NCBI GenBank assembly: GCA_000182565.2
Contig: KQ257466.1
Reading direction: 5' to 3' (one strand)
Origin: Spizellomyces punctatus DAOM BR117
Taxonomy: Eukaryota
Length of the DNA stretch: 64,000 nt
The notes beneath the pieces are model-generated. The model saw nothing but the letters and a program-made list of their open reading frames with translations. It did no database searches and had not been told where the DNA came from. Every line of letters starts with the position of its first letter. The stretch's first letter is position 1. A program made the translations under genes and the position numbers. Shown in pieces: positions 23,001-36,889 of the stretch.

Positions 23001-26000
23001 CAGATTAATCGACACTTGTACAGCATTTATCACTATGAATCCTGGGTATGCCGGACGTCAAGAGTTACCGGACAACTTGAAGGCGCTTTTCAGACCTATT
23101 GCAATGATGATTCCTGGTATATTTATCATGTCTGGTTATAAGGTGAAGCATCAAGTGCTAATCTGCGGCTCCCTCCTGACAGATTACGGCCTTATTGCCG
23201 AAATCTTGCTCTTCTCGGAAGGATTTGAAAATGCGCGAGTTCTTGCCGGAAAAGTTGTAAACCTCTACAAACTCTGCTCTGAACAACTCTCCCAGCAGGA
23301 TCATTACGATTTCGGCATGCGAGCCGTCAAATCCGTGCTCATCATGGCGGGCGCCCTCAAGCGTACCAACCCAGAACTCAGCGAAGAAATGGTTCTCATC
23401 CGTGCACTGCGGGATTCAAATCTTCCCAAATTCTTGGCTGAGGATATTGGCTTGTTCCGTGGTATCCTTTCTGATCTCTTCCCAGGTGTCTCCATCGTGG
23501 AGCAGGATTACGGTGCTCTAGTCGCAACGATCAAGGAAGTGATGATTGAAAAGAAGTTGGAGGTTGTGGACAACTTTGTGACGAGAATCTGCCAGTTGTT
23601 TGAAACGAATAAGATTCGGCATGGTGTTATGCTTGTTGGACCCACTGGAGGTGGAAAGACGACATGTTATCAGGTCTTGCAGGAAGCTTGTACTAGATTG
23701 CAGGAGAGAGGAGATGTACAGTTCCAGGCTATCAAGACTTGGGTTCTTAATCCAAAGGTATGATCATGTCGTAGTTCCAAGTCCATATGTCATATTTTCA
23801 TACCATATAACAGTGCATCACAATGAACGAACTCTACGGAGAATTCAATCTGGCCACCATGGAATGGAAAGACGGTCTGATCGGTTCCATTTTCCGTCAA
23901 CAAGTTCAGGACAACAGTGCTGATGAAAAGTGGACCGTTTGCGACGGACCCGTAGACGCACTTTGGATTGAGAACATGAACACTGTCCTAGACGACAATA
24001 AGCTCCTCACGTTGATCAACGGAGAACGAATCAAGATGAATAATACTATGCATATGTTGTTTGAAGTGGCGGATTTGGCTGTTGCGTCTCCTGCCACGGT
24101 CAGTCGATGCGGCATGGTATACATGGATCCTACCAACCTGGGCTGGCGGGCTTTTGTTCAAAAGTGGCTGCGTGAGCTACCGGAACATGTTGGAACAGAG
24201 CTCAAGGATATGTTGTGGAGTTACTGTGACACGTACATTGACAGGGGACTCCGCTTTGTACGAAAACAGTGTACGGAGTACGTCAAATCTGTCGACCTGA
24301 ATCTGGTGCAGTCTCTGTGCAAGCTTCTACAAACCTTCATCAACAAAAAGGAGGTCGATTTTTCGCAGGCCATTGGAGATTTGAAGTGCTTATTCGGCCA
24401 TTTGTTTGTATTCTGCTATGTATGGGCCTTGGGTGGAAACCTGGCAGATGGATTCCAGGACAACTTTGATACGTTTGTCCGAGACCATTTCGACGCAATC
24501 CCAATTCCGGATGTACAGTTACCGTCTTCCAACAACATCTTTTGTTACTATGTCGACCTCAAGACCAAATCATTTGCCCTTTGGGATGACCTGGTGCCAG
24601 CCTTCAAGTACGCACCCGAGATCCCTTATTTCCAAATGATGGTCCCAACGACGGATACAGTCAAGTACGAGTACTTTCTCGAAGCCCTCTTGTCGAATGG
24701 ATACCCGACTTTGTTCACGGGTAACACCGGTGTTGGTAAATCCATTATTGTCCAAAATTTATTGAACAGGTGCTCGAAACGATTCGGATGGGTCCCTGTG
24801 ACGCTCAACTTTTCTGCCCAAACCAACAGCGCCCAGACGCAGCAGATTATGGAAATTAAGTTGGAGAAGAAACGAAAGAATATTTTGGGTGCACCCACAG
24901 GAGCGAACAAGGTTGTCCTGTTTGTGGATGATTTGAACATGCCCAAGCTCGACACCTACGGGTCGCAGCCTCCTATCGAGCTCTTGCGGCAGTACATTGA
25001 TTTCCACGGATTTTACGACCGAGAGAAACTCAGCTGGAAAATAATCCAAGATGTAGAACTAGTGGCTGCTTGTGCACCTCCTGGAGGCGGGCGCAACAAC
25101 GTCACACCCCGTCTTCTCCGTCACTTCAATCTATTCAACATTCCCGCGCCTAGCGAAATGTCATTAGGAAAAATATTCCGATCTATTGTGGAAGGATTTC
25201 TCAAGTCCGGCTTCTCATCTGAAGTGCGAGGTGTGAGTGAAGCCATTGTGAACTCGTCCATAGAGATCTACCATCGAATGTGCACAGAGTTACTGCCTAC
25301 ACCCGCTAAATCGCATTACACGTTCAATCTCCGGGATCTATCGAGGGTCGTTCAGGGCGTGCTACAGGCCCGTCCGCAGGTTATTCAAGCCAAGATGGAC
25401 ATTGTGAAGCTGTTTTGTCACGAGTCCTCCCGGATCTTTCACGATAGGTTGATTGACGAGGCGGATAGATCCTACTTTAATCGCCTTCTCTCCGAACTGG
25501 TTGAAAAGAACTTTGGCGTGAGCATACCCAAAGAAACTTTTAGCCAGAAACCAATCATGTTTGGGGATTTTGGCAAGAGGGGTGTTCCCCCCGAAGAGCG
25601 ACTCTACGTTGAGATGAGCGACATGAAGGCCATGAACACGCTGTTGGAAGAGTATCTAGAAGAATACAACGTGACAAACAACAAAGACGTTCGCTTGATC
25701 TTTTTCATGGACGCCAAGCAGCATATTACGAGGATATCCCGTATCATCCGGCAACCTCGCGGCAACGCTTTGCTGGTCGGTGTCGGTGGAACGGGAAAAC
25801 AATCTCTGACCCGGTTGGCCTGTCACATATCCGATTACCAGTGCATTCAAATTGAATTGACGAGGACGTACGGACAAACAGAGTGGCGAGAAGATCTTAA
25901 GAAATTGTACCGATTAGCAGGTTTGGAAGGTAAAAACACTGTATTCCTTCTCTCAGACACCCAAATCAAGAGCGAAACCTTCTTGGAGGATGTGAACAAC

Positions 26001-29000
26001 ATTTTAAACTCGGGGGAAGTCCCGAACCTCTTTGAGTTTGACGAGCGTGAAAAGATTTTGGGTGAACTGCGGGCTGTAGCAAGAGATAAGGGCTTACCCG
26101 AAGACCGAGACAGTGTATATCAGTTCTTCATCAACAGGGTGAGGGATAACCTCCACATTGTATTTGCGACAAGTCCTGTCGGAGAAACCTTTCGGACACG
26201 TTGCAGGATGTTCCCTTCCCTTGTCAACTGCTGTACGATCGACTGGTTTGATGAGTGGCCCAGAGAGGCTCTCCTCTCAGTGTCGAAACGGTTTCTGGAG
26301 TTCGTGGATTTGGGCTCAGACCATATGAAAGAAAAGATTGCTGAAATGTGTGTCGAGATCCACGAGTCCGTTGGAGAGCTTGCGAAACGATTTTGGGCTG
26401 AACTCAGGAGACGGTATTACACCACCCCCACGTCCTACCTGGAACTCATCAACCTCTACATTGCCATGTTGCAAGAAAAGAGGAAGGAACTTGGGTCCTC
26501 ACGGGATAGGTTACGAAACGGTCTAAATAAACTCCTCGAAACCAATGAGCTCGTCGCGAAAATGCAAGTCGAACTTGAACTCCTCGGCCCAGAGCTAAAA
26601 CAACGGGCTGCGGATACGGAGGCGCTCATGGTGAAGATTGGAAAAGATCAAGAAACAGCCGACGGTGTCCGGAAAGTAGTATCGGAAGAGGAAACCATAG
26701 TCCGGGCCAAGGCGACCGAAACAGAAGCCATCGCCGCAGAAGCCCAGCGCGATTTGGACGAAGCGTTGCCAGCTCTCAATGCGGCGTACAAGGCATTGGA
26801 CTCACTAGACAAAAAGGATATTGCTGAGCTCAAGGTTTTTACCAAACCTCCCGAGGTGGTCTTAATGGTCATGGAAGCTATTTGCACGCTCTTCAAAGTG
26901 AAACCCGATTGGGAAAGCTCCAAAAAGCTCTTATCGGACCCGCAATTCATGAAAAAGTTGCAGGAATATGACAAGGACAATATTCCCGAGTCGGTGTCCA
27001 AAAAGCTCAAAAAGTACATCGAAAACCCCAATTTCACTCCCGAGGCCGTCGAAAAGGTGTCCAAAGCGTGTAAAAGCATGTCTATGTGGGTGATTGCCAT
27101 GGACCTATATTCCAGAGTGTTCAAGGAAGTAACGCCTAAGCGACGGCGGCTAGAAGAAGCGCAAGCAGCTTTGGATGCCACGCGGGCTAAATTGGCAGAA
27201 AAAGCGGCAGCTCTTCAAGAAGTCGAATCCCAGCTGGAGAAACTCAAAGCCAAATACGAAGAATCCATCGCGAGCAAAAAGGAACTTGCAGAAAAAATGG
27301 AGGAAACAACGCGTCGGTTGGCTCGTGCTGGAAAATTGACGACGGCTTTGGCCGATGAACAGATTCGGTGGGCCGAATCTGTTGAAAAACTCAATCAGCA
27401 AATAGATGATTTGGTCGGGAATATTTTTCTTAGTGCGGCGTGTGTTGCTTACTTTGGCGCCTTTACATCTACCTTCCGTACTGAGCTTGTCACAGGGTGG
27501 ATCAAGCGATGTCAAGAGATTGGCATCCCCGTCTCAACAAACTTCAATCTATTGGAGAACCTCGCTGATCCAGCTGTCGTCCGCGACTGGAATATTCAAG
27601 GACTCCCAGCCGACCCTCTCTCGGTTGAAAATGGTATCCTCGTCACTCGGGGTCGACGATGGCCGCTCATGATTGATCCACAAGGACAAGCAAATCGATG
27701 GATACGCGCCATGGAAGGAAACGACCTCAAGGTGATCAAACTGTCCGAACCAAAGTTTCTCCGATCCCTTGAAAATGCCGTGAGAACGGGACAGCCTGTT
27801 CTCATGGAAGATGTTGGCGAGCAGCTTGATCCAGCCCTTGAGCCTCTCCTGTTGAAGCAGACCGTTCGACAGGGAGGGAGATTGCTGATGAAGTTGGGTG
27901 ATTCATTTGTAGAATACGATCGAAATTTCAAACTGTACATTACAACAAAACTCTCGAACCCGCATTACCTCCCCGAAGTCTGTATCAAGGTCACTATCAT
28001 TAACTTCACCGTGACAAAGATTGGACTTGAGGGACAACTCTTGGCAGATGTCGTCCGTCTCGAACGGCCGGAGCTGGAGGAACAGCGCAACAACCTTATC
28101 GTAAATATTGCTACAGACCGCAAAGCTCTTAAAGACATCGAAGAACGGATCCTGAAGCTCCTGTTCAACTCTGAGGGGAACATTCTCGATGATGAAGAAC
28201 TCATCAACACTCTCAACCAATCCAAAGTCACGTCCGCGGCCATCAAAGAGCGAGTCGCACAAGCCGAAGTCACGGAGCGGGAGATCAACACTGCCCGAGA
28301 AAAGTACCGACCCGTTGCAATTAGGGGTTCGGTGCTCTACTTTGTTGTCGCAGACTTGGCCGGCATCGATCCCATGTACCAGTTCTCGCTGAAGTATTTC
28401 AAGAACCTATTTAGCGGTTGCATCCTCTCTTCGGAGAAATCCGAGGACCTCCCAACGCGAATCGGGATTCTATGCAAAAATGCAACATATAATACCTTTG
28501 CAAATGTCTCGCGCGGGCTATTTGAACAGCACAAGATGATTTACGCGTTCATGATTTGCGTCGAGATTTTGCGGGAAAAGGGAGCCATTGATGATTTTGA
28601 GTGGAATTTCTTGTTGCGGGGTGGTGGTGCGTTGATGGTTGCCGGGGATATTCCACCAAAGCCCAACGTCCGCTGGCTATCCAATACAATGTGGGAGAAT
28701 CTATGCGATTTAGCGAGGTCGATACCCGATTTTGGGTACGCTATTGAGCATGTGCAAATGTATACGATGGACTGGGAGGCCATTGTTGAGTCGGATACAC
28801 CATACAGTGTGTCTGTCCCTGGCGACGACACAGGGCAATTAACAGATTTCCAGCGACTGCTGCTCATCAAGGTATTGAGAGAAGAGAAACTCGTTTCGGC
28901 TTGCGTGGAATTTGTCAAGCGAAACCTGGGCTCCGAGTTTATTGATATTCCGCCCCTCGACCTCGCGGTTGCATTCAAGGATATCAACAACCGTACCCCA

Positions 29001-31010
29001 TTCATCTTTATCCTGTCAACGGGGTCGGACCCTGTGTCCGCTTTGATGAAATTCGCCGCCTCAAAGGAGGTTAATATGCAGGACCGATTGCACATGATTT
29101 CATTGGGACAGGGGCAGGGACCTATTGCCGAGCAATTGCTGCGAAAGGCTATTACGAATGGGGATTGGGTGTTTTTGCAGAATTGTCATTTGGCAGCTTC
29201 GTGGATGGGACGGTTAGAGAGTATTGTCAAAGAGTTCTCCAGTACGGACGCAACGGATATTCATGAGAATTTCCGGATGTTTTTATCGTCGATGCCTTCG
29301 AAAGTGTTTCCGATTGCCGTACTCCAAGATGGTGTAAAAGTGACCAACGAACCACCAAAAGGTCTTCGGGCAAACCTCGCAAGAAGCTTTGCAGATGTGT
29401 CGAGAGATTTGTTTGATGATAGTCCACCGCAAGGAGTCAAGTTCCGGAAACTTTTGTTTGGAATCACATTCTTCAATGCTGTTATTCATGAACGCAAAAA
29501 GTTTGGGCCACTGGGATGGAACATTTTATACGACTGGTCAAATTCGGATTTAGAAGTTTCGATTGCCATCTTGAAAAACATGTTGTCGGAGCATCGAGGG
29601 ATACCCTGGGAAGCTCTGTCATACCTGACTGGGGAGATCACTTTTGGAGGCAGAGTGACAGATGATTGGGATCGACGGACACTGAGATCGATTTTGAATC
29701 GATTTTATTGCCCTGCGATTTTGGACGATGGGTACAGGTTTTCGCCCTCGGGCGTCTACTATGCGCCGCCGGATGGAGATTTAGCATCATTTAGAGCGTA
29801 TATTGAGCGATTGCCTTTTACGGAGGAGCCTTCTGTCTTTGGGATGCACGAAAACGCGGATATCAGTTTCCAAGTCCAAGAAACGCGCCGGTTGCTTCGT
29901 ACAGTGTTGGAAGTCCAGCCGAGGGTGGTGTCATCTGTTGCCGGTGGAACATCTAGCGAAGACATTGTAACGGGGATAGCGATGGCAATCTTAGAAGATT
30001 GGCCAGAGATTCTGGTCATTGATCTTCCACCCGAGACGGAAAAAAGACCGAAATCCGCATCAGCGCGACCCCAATCGGCATTTACTGGCGAAGCCCCGAA
30101 CCCCGTCCTACTCAACTTGTTCCAAAAAGATGAAACCGGCCGTATGCTAAATTCGCTGTCGACTGTCTTGGCACAGGAATCTGTGCGGTTTAATAAATTG
30201 AATGGGATCGTGAGGAGTTCGTTGGAGAATTTGGTAAAGGCTGTCAAAGGTCTTGTTGTCATGAGTTTGGAATTGGAGTTGGTCTATAAGAGTTTGCTCA
30301 ATAATGAGGTTTGCATTCTTTTCATTTGTCTTTGTTTTTACTTGAACTAACGCATTCAATGCAGGTGCCAACTGCTTGGTCCGCCCACGCCTACCCCTCC
30401 CTTAAACCGCTCGCATCCTGGGTCAAGGATTTCCACGCCCGAATCACCTTCCTCCGAAACTGGATGACCCAAGGCGAACCCACTTCCTTTTGGCTACCAG
30501 GTTTCTTTTTCCCACAAGGATTTTTAACGGGCGTATTACAGAACCATGCGCGCAAGTACAATATTCCGATTGACGCTCTGAGCTTTTCGTACAAGGTTTC
30601 GGATTACGAAGGTGGGGATGGACGGGCTTTTGAGGAGGGAGAGGGTGTGCTCGTTCACGGATTGTTTGTGGAGGGGGCAAGATGGGATAGGGAAAAGAGA
30701 CTATTGCAAGATTCGTTTCCCATGGAAATGTTTTCGGTATGTTGCATGTTTTTATCTATTTTGTTAGTCTCGCATTCGCTGACCTTCCCCATAGACCATG
30801 CCTCAAATCCGCTTCACTCCTACTACCGCCCCATCTCCAACCACCGGGTTCTATACCTGTCCCCTCTACAAAACATCCGCCCGAGCCGGCACACTCAGCA
30901 CCACAGGCCATTCCACCAATTTTGTCGTGGCTCTCTCGATTCCGTCCGATCGACCGCAAGATTACTGGATTTCAAAGGGTGTTGCACTGTTGTGTCAGTT
31001 GAGTGAATAA
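17019..31010 (+). CDS. DNAH6: Axonemal inner-arm dynein heavy chain, DNAH6-like, multi-exon
   Basis: [25 protein letters not shown] (DNAH6-type tail), [46 protein letters not shown]-loops [16 protein letters not shown] and GVGGTGKQ, stalk coiled coil, and C-terminal [31 protein letters not shown]. The start codon is uncertain, the AAA1 P-loop lies in the N gap, and there is an apparent frameshift near 21200. Confidence 0.93.
22478..22852. other. Assembly gap (375 N) inside the dynein AAA1 region
   Basis: Run of N. Its size is compatible with the ~125 missing codons expected between DVHNRDIV and [13 protein letters not shown]. Confidence 0.98.
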
Positions 31011-31218
31011 TGAGTAACCATCCTTTGTACTGTATATATGGAACAGATTTTTTTCAGATAAAATTCAAATATTTAAGCAAATGTTTAATTGATGTCCTTC
31101 ATTGACGCATAACAAGATGCCGGAACGCAATGGAATACGTGTGGAAGAAAGCAGTAATACATTATCATAATTGGCCACAGACTGCACATTGTTGCCCATA
31201 ATAGGCTACACACACTAT

Positions 31219-32275
31219 TTACATCACACTCTTCCCTTCCTGCCACAACTTAAGACAACTTGTACTCAGACTGGTCACCACAAGCGCCTTTTCTTCCTCT
31301 GTCATATTCACCGTCGATGCACGGGGGGAGGTGACGGCTGCACCCATTATAAACCATCTCAACCAGCGTAAGATAGTAGGGAGAGTCTCCTTACTGTACA
31401 CAATGTCAGGTCCTGAGCCATACACTACCCCCGCATCATCGATGCAATAAAAATTCCAAAGAGTGGCATTTGTCAGGATGACAAAGACAGGTCCCGACCG
31501 GCCGTATTTTTGCCTGTAGCGGAGTAGAGTGCCACCTGCGACCATACATCAGCTTCAAGTTTTGTACAAGAAAAAAGCGTCACTTGAGAATAATGAACCA
31601 ACCTCCAGCAATGGCTTGAGGAATAGCAGAATTAGGCCATTCCTTTTTTGCTTCCACAGCAATTAAAAAAGAATCTTTTTTAACGTCATCCACGTCATCG
31701 CCACCCCCGTGGCCCAGCAGATAATCAACAATGCCAGTCGCCCCTTTGTTGGGGCCCCTCCACTCTAAATCAACCTCTAAAAAGACCCGCAATCTTCCTA
31801 GAGGCCGGCCCACCTTCATAGCATCCTCCTGAGGCCGTTCATCTACCATGATCCCATGGTAAAAGGTGTCAACAGCCTCCCCAAGGATAGCATCAACAAT
31901 GGTTCGACATGCTGCCTCTGAATTAAGGCTCCAAACGCGGTCTAACCTATCAAGTTGCCGAGTAAGGTGCTCTGTCGGGTGCACCGAACCCACAAACGGT
32001 GGGACTTGCAAAGAAGGGATTCTGCGTTGAGCAGCGGCCTCCACATTGGCCACATCCAGATTCAGTCCCTCCGGACTCTGCAACTGATTCCATGTCATTT
32101 TCGTAAAAGGCGTCAGCTAGAGAAATGACACAATAAGTGGAGAGTTTGGAGGAGACACTGAGAATGGGTAGTAAGTAACCTTTGCATCCTGTCGCAGCAG
32201 TGCTAGCATCTTGCGCAGAGTCTCCCGAGAGGCCCCTGGCATACCAGCAACAATATCTTCAATATCGGTGTCCAT
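31219..32275 (-). CDS. PD-(D/E)XK restriction-endonuclease-fold protein (Crinkler-REase / HsdR-N-like), 3 exons
   Basis: Spliced ORF with NSEAACRTIVDAIL, FLEVDL, GIVDYLL, IAVEAKK, AIPQAIA and VFVILTNATLWNFYCID. This gives the E..D..ExK..Q and 'iLTnG..W.F' pattern of this fold. Confidence 0.7.
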
Positions 32276-32965
32276 TGTGAAAATAATGTGAAAAGGTGGC
32301 AAATACAAAAGACACAGCACTTAAGTACTTTACATGGGAGATCACATGACTTTCATGTGACCGGTGTTCAGGTGGGATCCTTTCACGATAGTGTTCGTTC
32401 CCCAACGTTTTTTTTTGTATGGCTTTCATGATCGTGCCTGCTGCACGCAGCATGGATTCTTTTCTTCTACATTTTAGGGACAGGTAATGTCAAAGGAAGG
32501 TGCAGACGCATGATCGATCCCCTGCTGTTCATTCTTGCCAGATACTGTCAAAAGTACTTAAAAGTCATCACATTTTGACTTCAAAGTGCATTCGTCCGTG
32601 AAGGAAATGGAAGAAAAAGTTTAAAATGGCAAGTAAGGGCAGTATTCACAGAAACTAGCCAGATATCGTTCGTGTCACTTTTATTGTTATCTGCCCCATT
32701 TATGCTTTTAAAGAACAAAAGACAAATTATGAACAAAGACTACTGCATCAGATGTTTATCAAGATGCTGATACTGCACCGGGCAGTGGATTCGGATTCTC
32801 TTCATTCACTGTGCTCTACTTCTTTGGCGGTAGTTTCTAAAAACGTGATTGCAGGAATTGAACAGACCAATATCAAATAGGCAAACGCAGAACAGAGCTC
32901 GCAAAGCGCGATATTAACTTATAGTGACACACTTCTATTCTTTAAACATTATGCAGAATTTGAAT

Positions 32966-34990
32966 TTAAAAAACAAGCGATGAATTCATTTCCACTGGCG
33001 ACGCAAAGACCTGGGGACGCCGCTTGCTAGGTCCCTGGTCATCATCCTCATCCTCGTCGTCCCTCTTCCTCTTTATGCTTTCCCTGGGGGGACCCATCTT
33101 GGGCCGCTTACTCCCTTCTCCGCGACCTTCATCAGCATCTTCCTGCTCTTCCTCTTCCCCATCCCTTTTTCGTTTAGTTTGATTCTTGAATGGAGAGAGG
33201 GGAGGAGAGTGGTACTCGCCAAAAAATAATTCGAAGTCCCCTAGATGGAGGGTATTAGAAATCATGCCATTTTGCCACAAATGTTCAAACACGTACCTGA
33301 TTCCGCACCAATGGGATCGATACCGTGCAATGGTCGATTGTATCCTACGCCGTTCCACACATCACTCAAGGAGCTTTGACCAAACAGGCCTCCGAAATCT
33401 ATCGCAAAGTCGTCGGGTATATCCCCACTGAAGCCAAGGTTGCTCTCAAAGACACCTCGCGCTTGCTCTCTGGCTTCCATCAAGACGGTCTGTTGGGGTT
33501 GAGTGACCGCGGCAGTACTATCTACGGCGTTCGCAGCTGGCACCGCGGGTGGCACGATAGGAGGTGTTTGGTGCTGAGTTGTTGGGGCGGCGGTAGATAT
33601 GGGCAGGGGGGATGCAGACGCGGCAGTTGCAGGGATACGCGGCACGATCGTCGAAGACGTGCCCGGTTGAATTTGCGGATTGGGGACCTGCGGCACTGAT
33701 GTCCTAGAGACGGGTATATTCCCTGTATGATGCTCGGCTTTCAGATGACCGGGATTGACAAGTTGAGGTGGCGGGCGGGTAGGTAACTGTAGCGGAGCGG
33801 TCGAGCCCTGGAGTTGTGCTTGGGTCGGGATCGGAGGCTTGCTAGAACTTGGCGGCCGCCGAACTTGCCGTGTCTTTTTGCCGCTCTGGCTTGAAATAGA
33901 TGCACGGCGCTTTTGGGACCCAGTGCCCTGTCCAATAGACGAACCGCCCATTTCCATAGGGGGATGCATTGCCTGCGATACTTGAATGCTCGGAGACGCC
34001 GCAGGAAGCATCGCGGCAGGTACAGGAGGTGGGATAGCCGCAGTCATGGCAGAAAGCATAGCGGCAGGAAGGACAGGAGCAACGGAGCGCGGGAGCGTAG
34101 GAGGTAGGGTGGGAGGGAGGGAGTGAGGTAGAGTAGCTGCTATGACAGAGGGAACGTCTGGTGGCCGCTGTGACGCACTTGTCCTCTTCTGAGGGCTAGC
34201 CCGCATCTGAGGAGGTCTGGTGGCTTGAATGTGCTGTTGCTGCGACTGTGGTTGGTGCGGTGATGTTGAAAGCTGGCTATGTGACTGGCCAACATTAGCG
34301 TTCGAGATCTGCTGAGCCGACCGCTGCATGTCAATCGACTTTCGCAGAGTTTCTCCGCTTTGATACAAGCGCCGCAAGTTTTGCAACAAAAGCTCAGCAT
34401 TTGCTGGCGTCAGGTAATATGTGTCCGTAACGAATCCGTCCAACTGTCTGGTCCACATTGCTTTCAGTTGCAGGGAGCGTTTTGCCTCCATGTTTTTACC
34501 ATGGGTAGCAAACAGTCCAATCAAGGTATCTGCCTTTCGGTACATGTTGTCCTGAGCTTCCAATTTGGAACGCACGAAAGCCTTCTCTTGTTCTGTTAAG
34601 GCGATTGGTTCCATGCGGCAACTTTCTGCGGCAATCTGCGGAGTTCCAGCCATGGTCGCCGACGGTGCACTGGCTCCTTGTCTAGCGGAAGTCGGTGGAG
34701 ATGCCGCAGAGGACACGGCCGCCATGCTGATGTTTGGCAAAGCGCTGGAGATGGCACTCGAACCGGCCATACCTGCGGCCAAGTGGACTTGATTGCCTGG
34801 AAACGGATGGGTTGCGGCATTGGACAACTGGGGTTGCAGCGATGCTCCAGAAGAAGCAGCTCCTCTTTGCAGCTGGGCGGATGCAGAATTGCTCAATGCT
34901 TGCGCCCTCTGCGCGGCCACCATTTGCGCCTGCGCTTGAGCCTCAGAGGCTTGTCGCATCTGTTGTTGATGCAGCTGCACCCGTTGTTGG

Positions 34991-35022
<32 letters not shown>

Positions 35023-36424
35023 TTGCTGTTGATGCTGCTGCTGCTGCTGCTGCTGTTGTTGTTGGTGTTGTTGTTGGTGTTGTTGTTGGTGTTGTTGTTG
35101 GTGTTGTTGGTGTTTTAGCTGAAGGCGCTGCGGCTGCTGTTGCATCTGCACTTGCTGCTGCCTTTGTTGCTGCTGTTGATGCGCCGCTGGGGTCTGAACT
35201 GCACTAGGCGTAGGAACTGGAGGGCGCTGGACATTGCCTTCAGGTTGGATCACGGGCCGCATTGCGGCCCGTGACCTTTCCTGTTCGGCCTTCTTTTGCA
35301 GCAGTCGTTCGGTGAATTCAGGAGGAATGTTGCGCTGACGGCAGAGTTCCCTTAGCTGTGCCAAAGTGCTGGTGTTGACGAGGTGCATCAGTTTCGGATC
35401 ACCAAACGGTTGGCTCAACTGCTGCTGACCCGCCGCACTCGTGTTAGGGAGGGCGGTGGTTGATGGCGGAACAAGTGGTGTAGACATCATTGACGTAGAA
35501 GACGCTGGCTGGGACGGGGTATTAATGCCGACTGACTTGACATTGTGGTTACTCAGAATCTCGTTGATTTTTTGATTCATGGCATTCACATATTCGTCCT
35601 ATTCAAGGGGGGGGGGGGGGTGGAAATCCATCAGCTTACGCAATCTCGTATCATTTGGATGAGAGCATACATTACCTTGGTAAAAGCTCTGCGAAATACT
35701 CTTGTTTCATAATCGCTGGCCATGGCCTCAACTCTTTCAGCAGACTGAACTTTTGCTGATTGCAGCTGAGACACAGCATGAATACTAGATGTAACCGTCA
35801 AAGGACATTGTTACTTCGCATTAGACATGAACATTGCGCGGTCGAAAGTTGGTCACTTACAGTCTATCAATATATTCTTTCCTGAAGTTTGCGGCGGCTG
35901 TGAGCCTCCAATCCCCGACTTGAAGTCCTTGCAAAGTCTGTGGCTGGGCTTTGGGTTGTGCCTGGGAGGGTTGCTGCTGAACCACCTTTGGTGTCTGCGC
36001 TTGTTGTTGGGAAGCCTGCTGTAGCGTCTTTTGTTGTGGTCTGGCTGGAAGACCCAATTGAGCAGCTAGTTCTAAAGGGCCACCCAAGCGGACTTGTTGA
36101 GGTTGCACTGCTTGAGCGGCTGGCTGTCTGGCCAACTGTTGCTGAACGGATTGTGATTGAGGCGGTAGATGATGACTTTGCTGGACGTGCATAAGTTGCT
36201 GAGCTTGTGCCTGAGCTTGGGCCTGAGCCTGAGCTTGAGCCTGCTGCTGCTGAAATAGTAGCGCTTGCTGGGCGTATACGGCCTGAGGTTGAAGGTGGGA
36301 TGGGAACTGCTGCTGAATGGGAGCGACACCTTGAGGCGGACGCATCTGAAGAGTGGAAGGTGGCATAAAGGCAGGTCGTTGCTGCTGCTGCTGCTGTGGT
36401 TGCTGTTGTTGTTGGTGTTGTTGT

Positions 36425-36459
<35 letters not shown>

Positions 36460-36543
36460 CTGCATCAGCTGGAACAGGTATAGTTGCTGTTCCGGGGGTA
36501 TTTGGGCTGCCATAGGGAAGCCGGTAGGGAAGTTTGGGTTCAT
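32966..36543 (-). CDS. MED15: Mediator subunit Med15/Gal11-like, KIX-like domain and polyQ tracts, multi-exon
   Basis: PolyQ/QA N-terminus, then a spliced KIX-like DWRLTAAANFRKEYIDRL|IHAVSQLQ..VEAMASDYETRVFRRAFTK|DEYVNAMNQKINEIL, then long Q-rich and P/S-rich regions. Last intron at ~33242-33297. Confidence 0.65.
34983..35112 (-). repeat. CAG/CAA trinucleotide tract encoding polyQ (with H interruptions)
   Basis: (TGC/TGT)n on the plus strand, in frame in the MED15-like ORF. A second tract lies at ~36378-36465. Confidence 0.9.
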
Positions 36544-36889
36544 TTTCGTTCTGAAAAACAGGCGATGTACGTGGAAAAGAACTCAACCGAGAGATGGAAT
36601 GCCGAGGGAGGGGGATAGCGAACTGGGCTGTCTTATAGGAGATTTTTTATTCAAAGACCGCCGACTACGTCAACGTTGGGCATATTCATTGTTTTCGCAG
36701 GTCAAAATGAGGGTCTGGGTCAAAAGGGCAAAAGCGCGTATCGCTTTGAACACTTTCAAAACATGGATGTTGGCCAGTGCAAAGGCGCCACACTATTGCG
36801 TAAGCAGAAACGCAATCAACAAACCCCGACGCTGATAGCAAACGAGATATAGTTTTGCATGAACGAATTCCAACGACGAAAAGCTTGTT

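Noticed and set aside
23906-30262. Numerous minus-strand ORFs within dynein (and plus-strand ORFs within UTP20 and NOT1)
   Set aside because: Antisense shadows of long coding exons with no independent motifs.
34678-36835. Plus-strand ORFs with poly-Leu, poly-Cys and poly-Val/Ala
   Set aside because: These are antisense shadows of the CAG/CAA polyQ tracts of the MED15-like gene.
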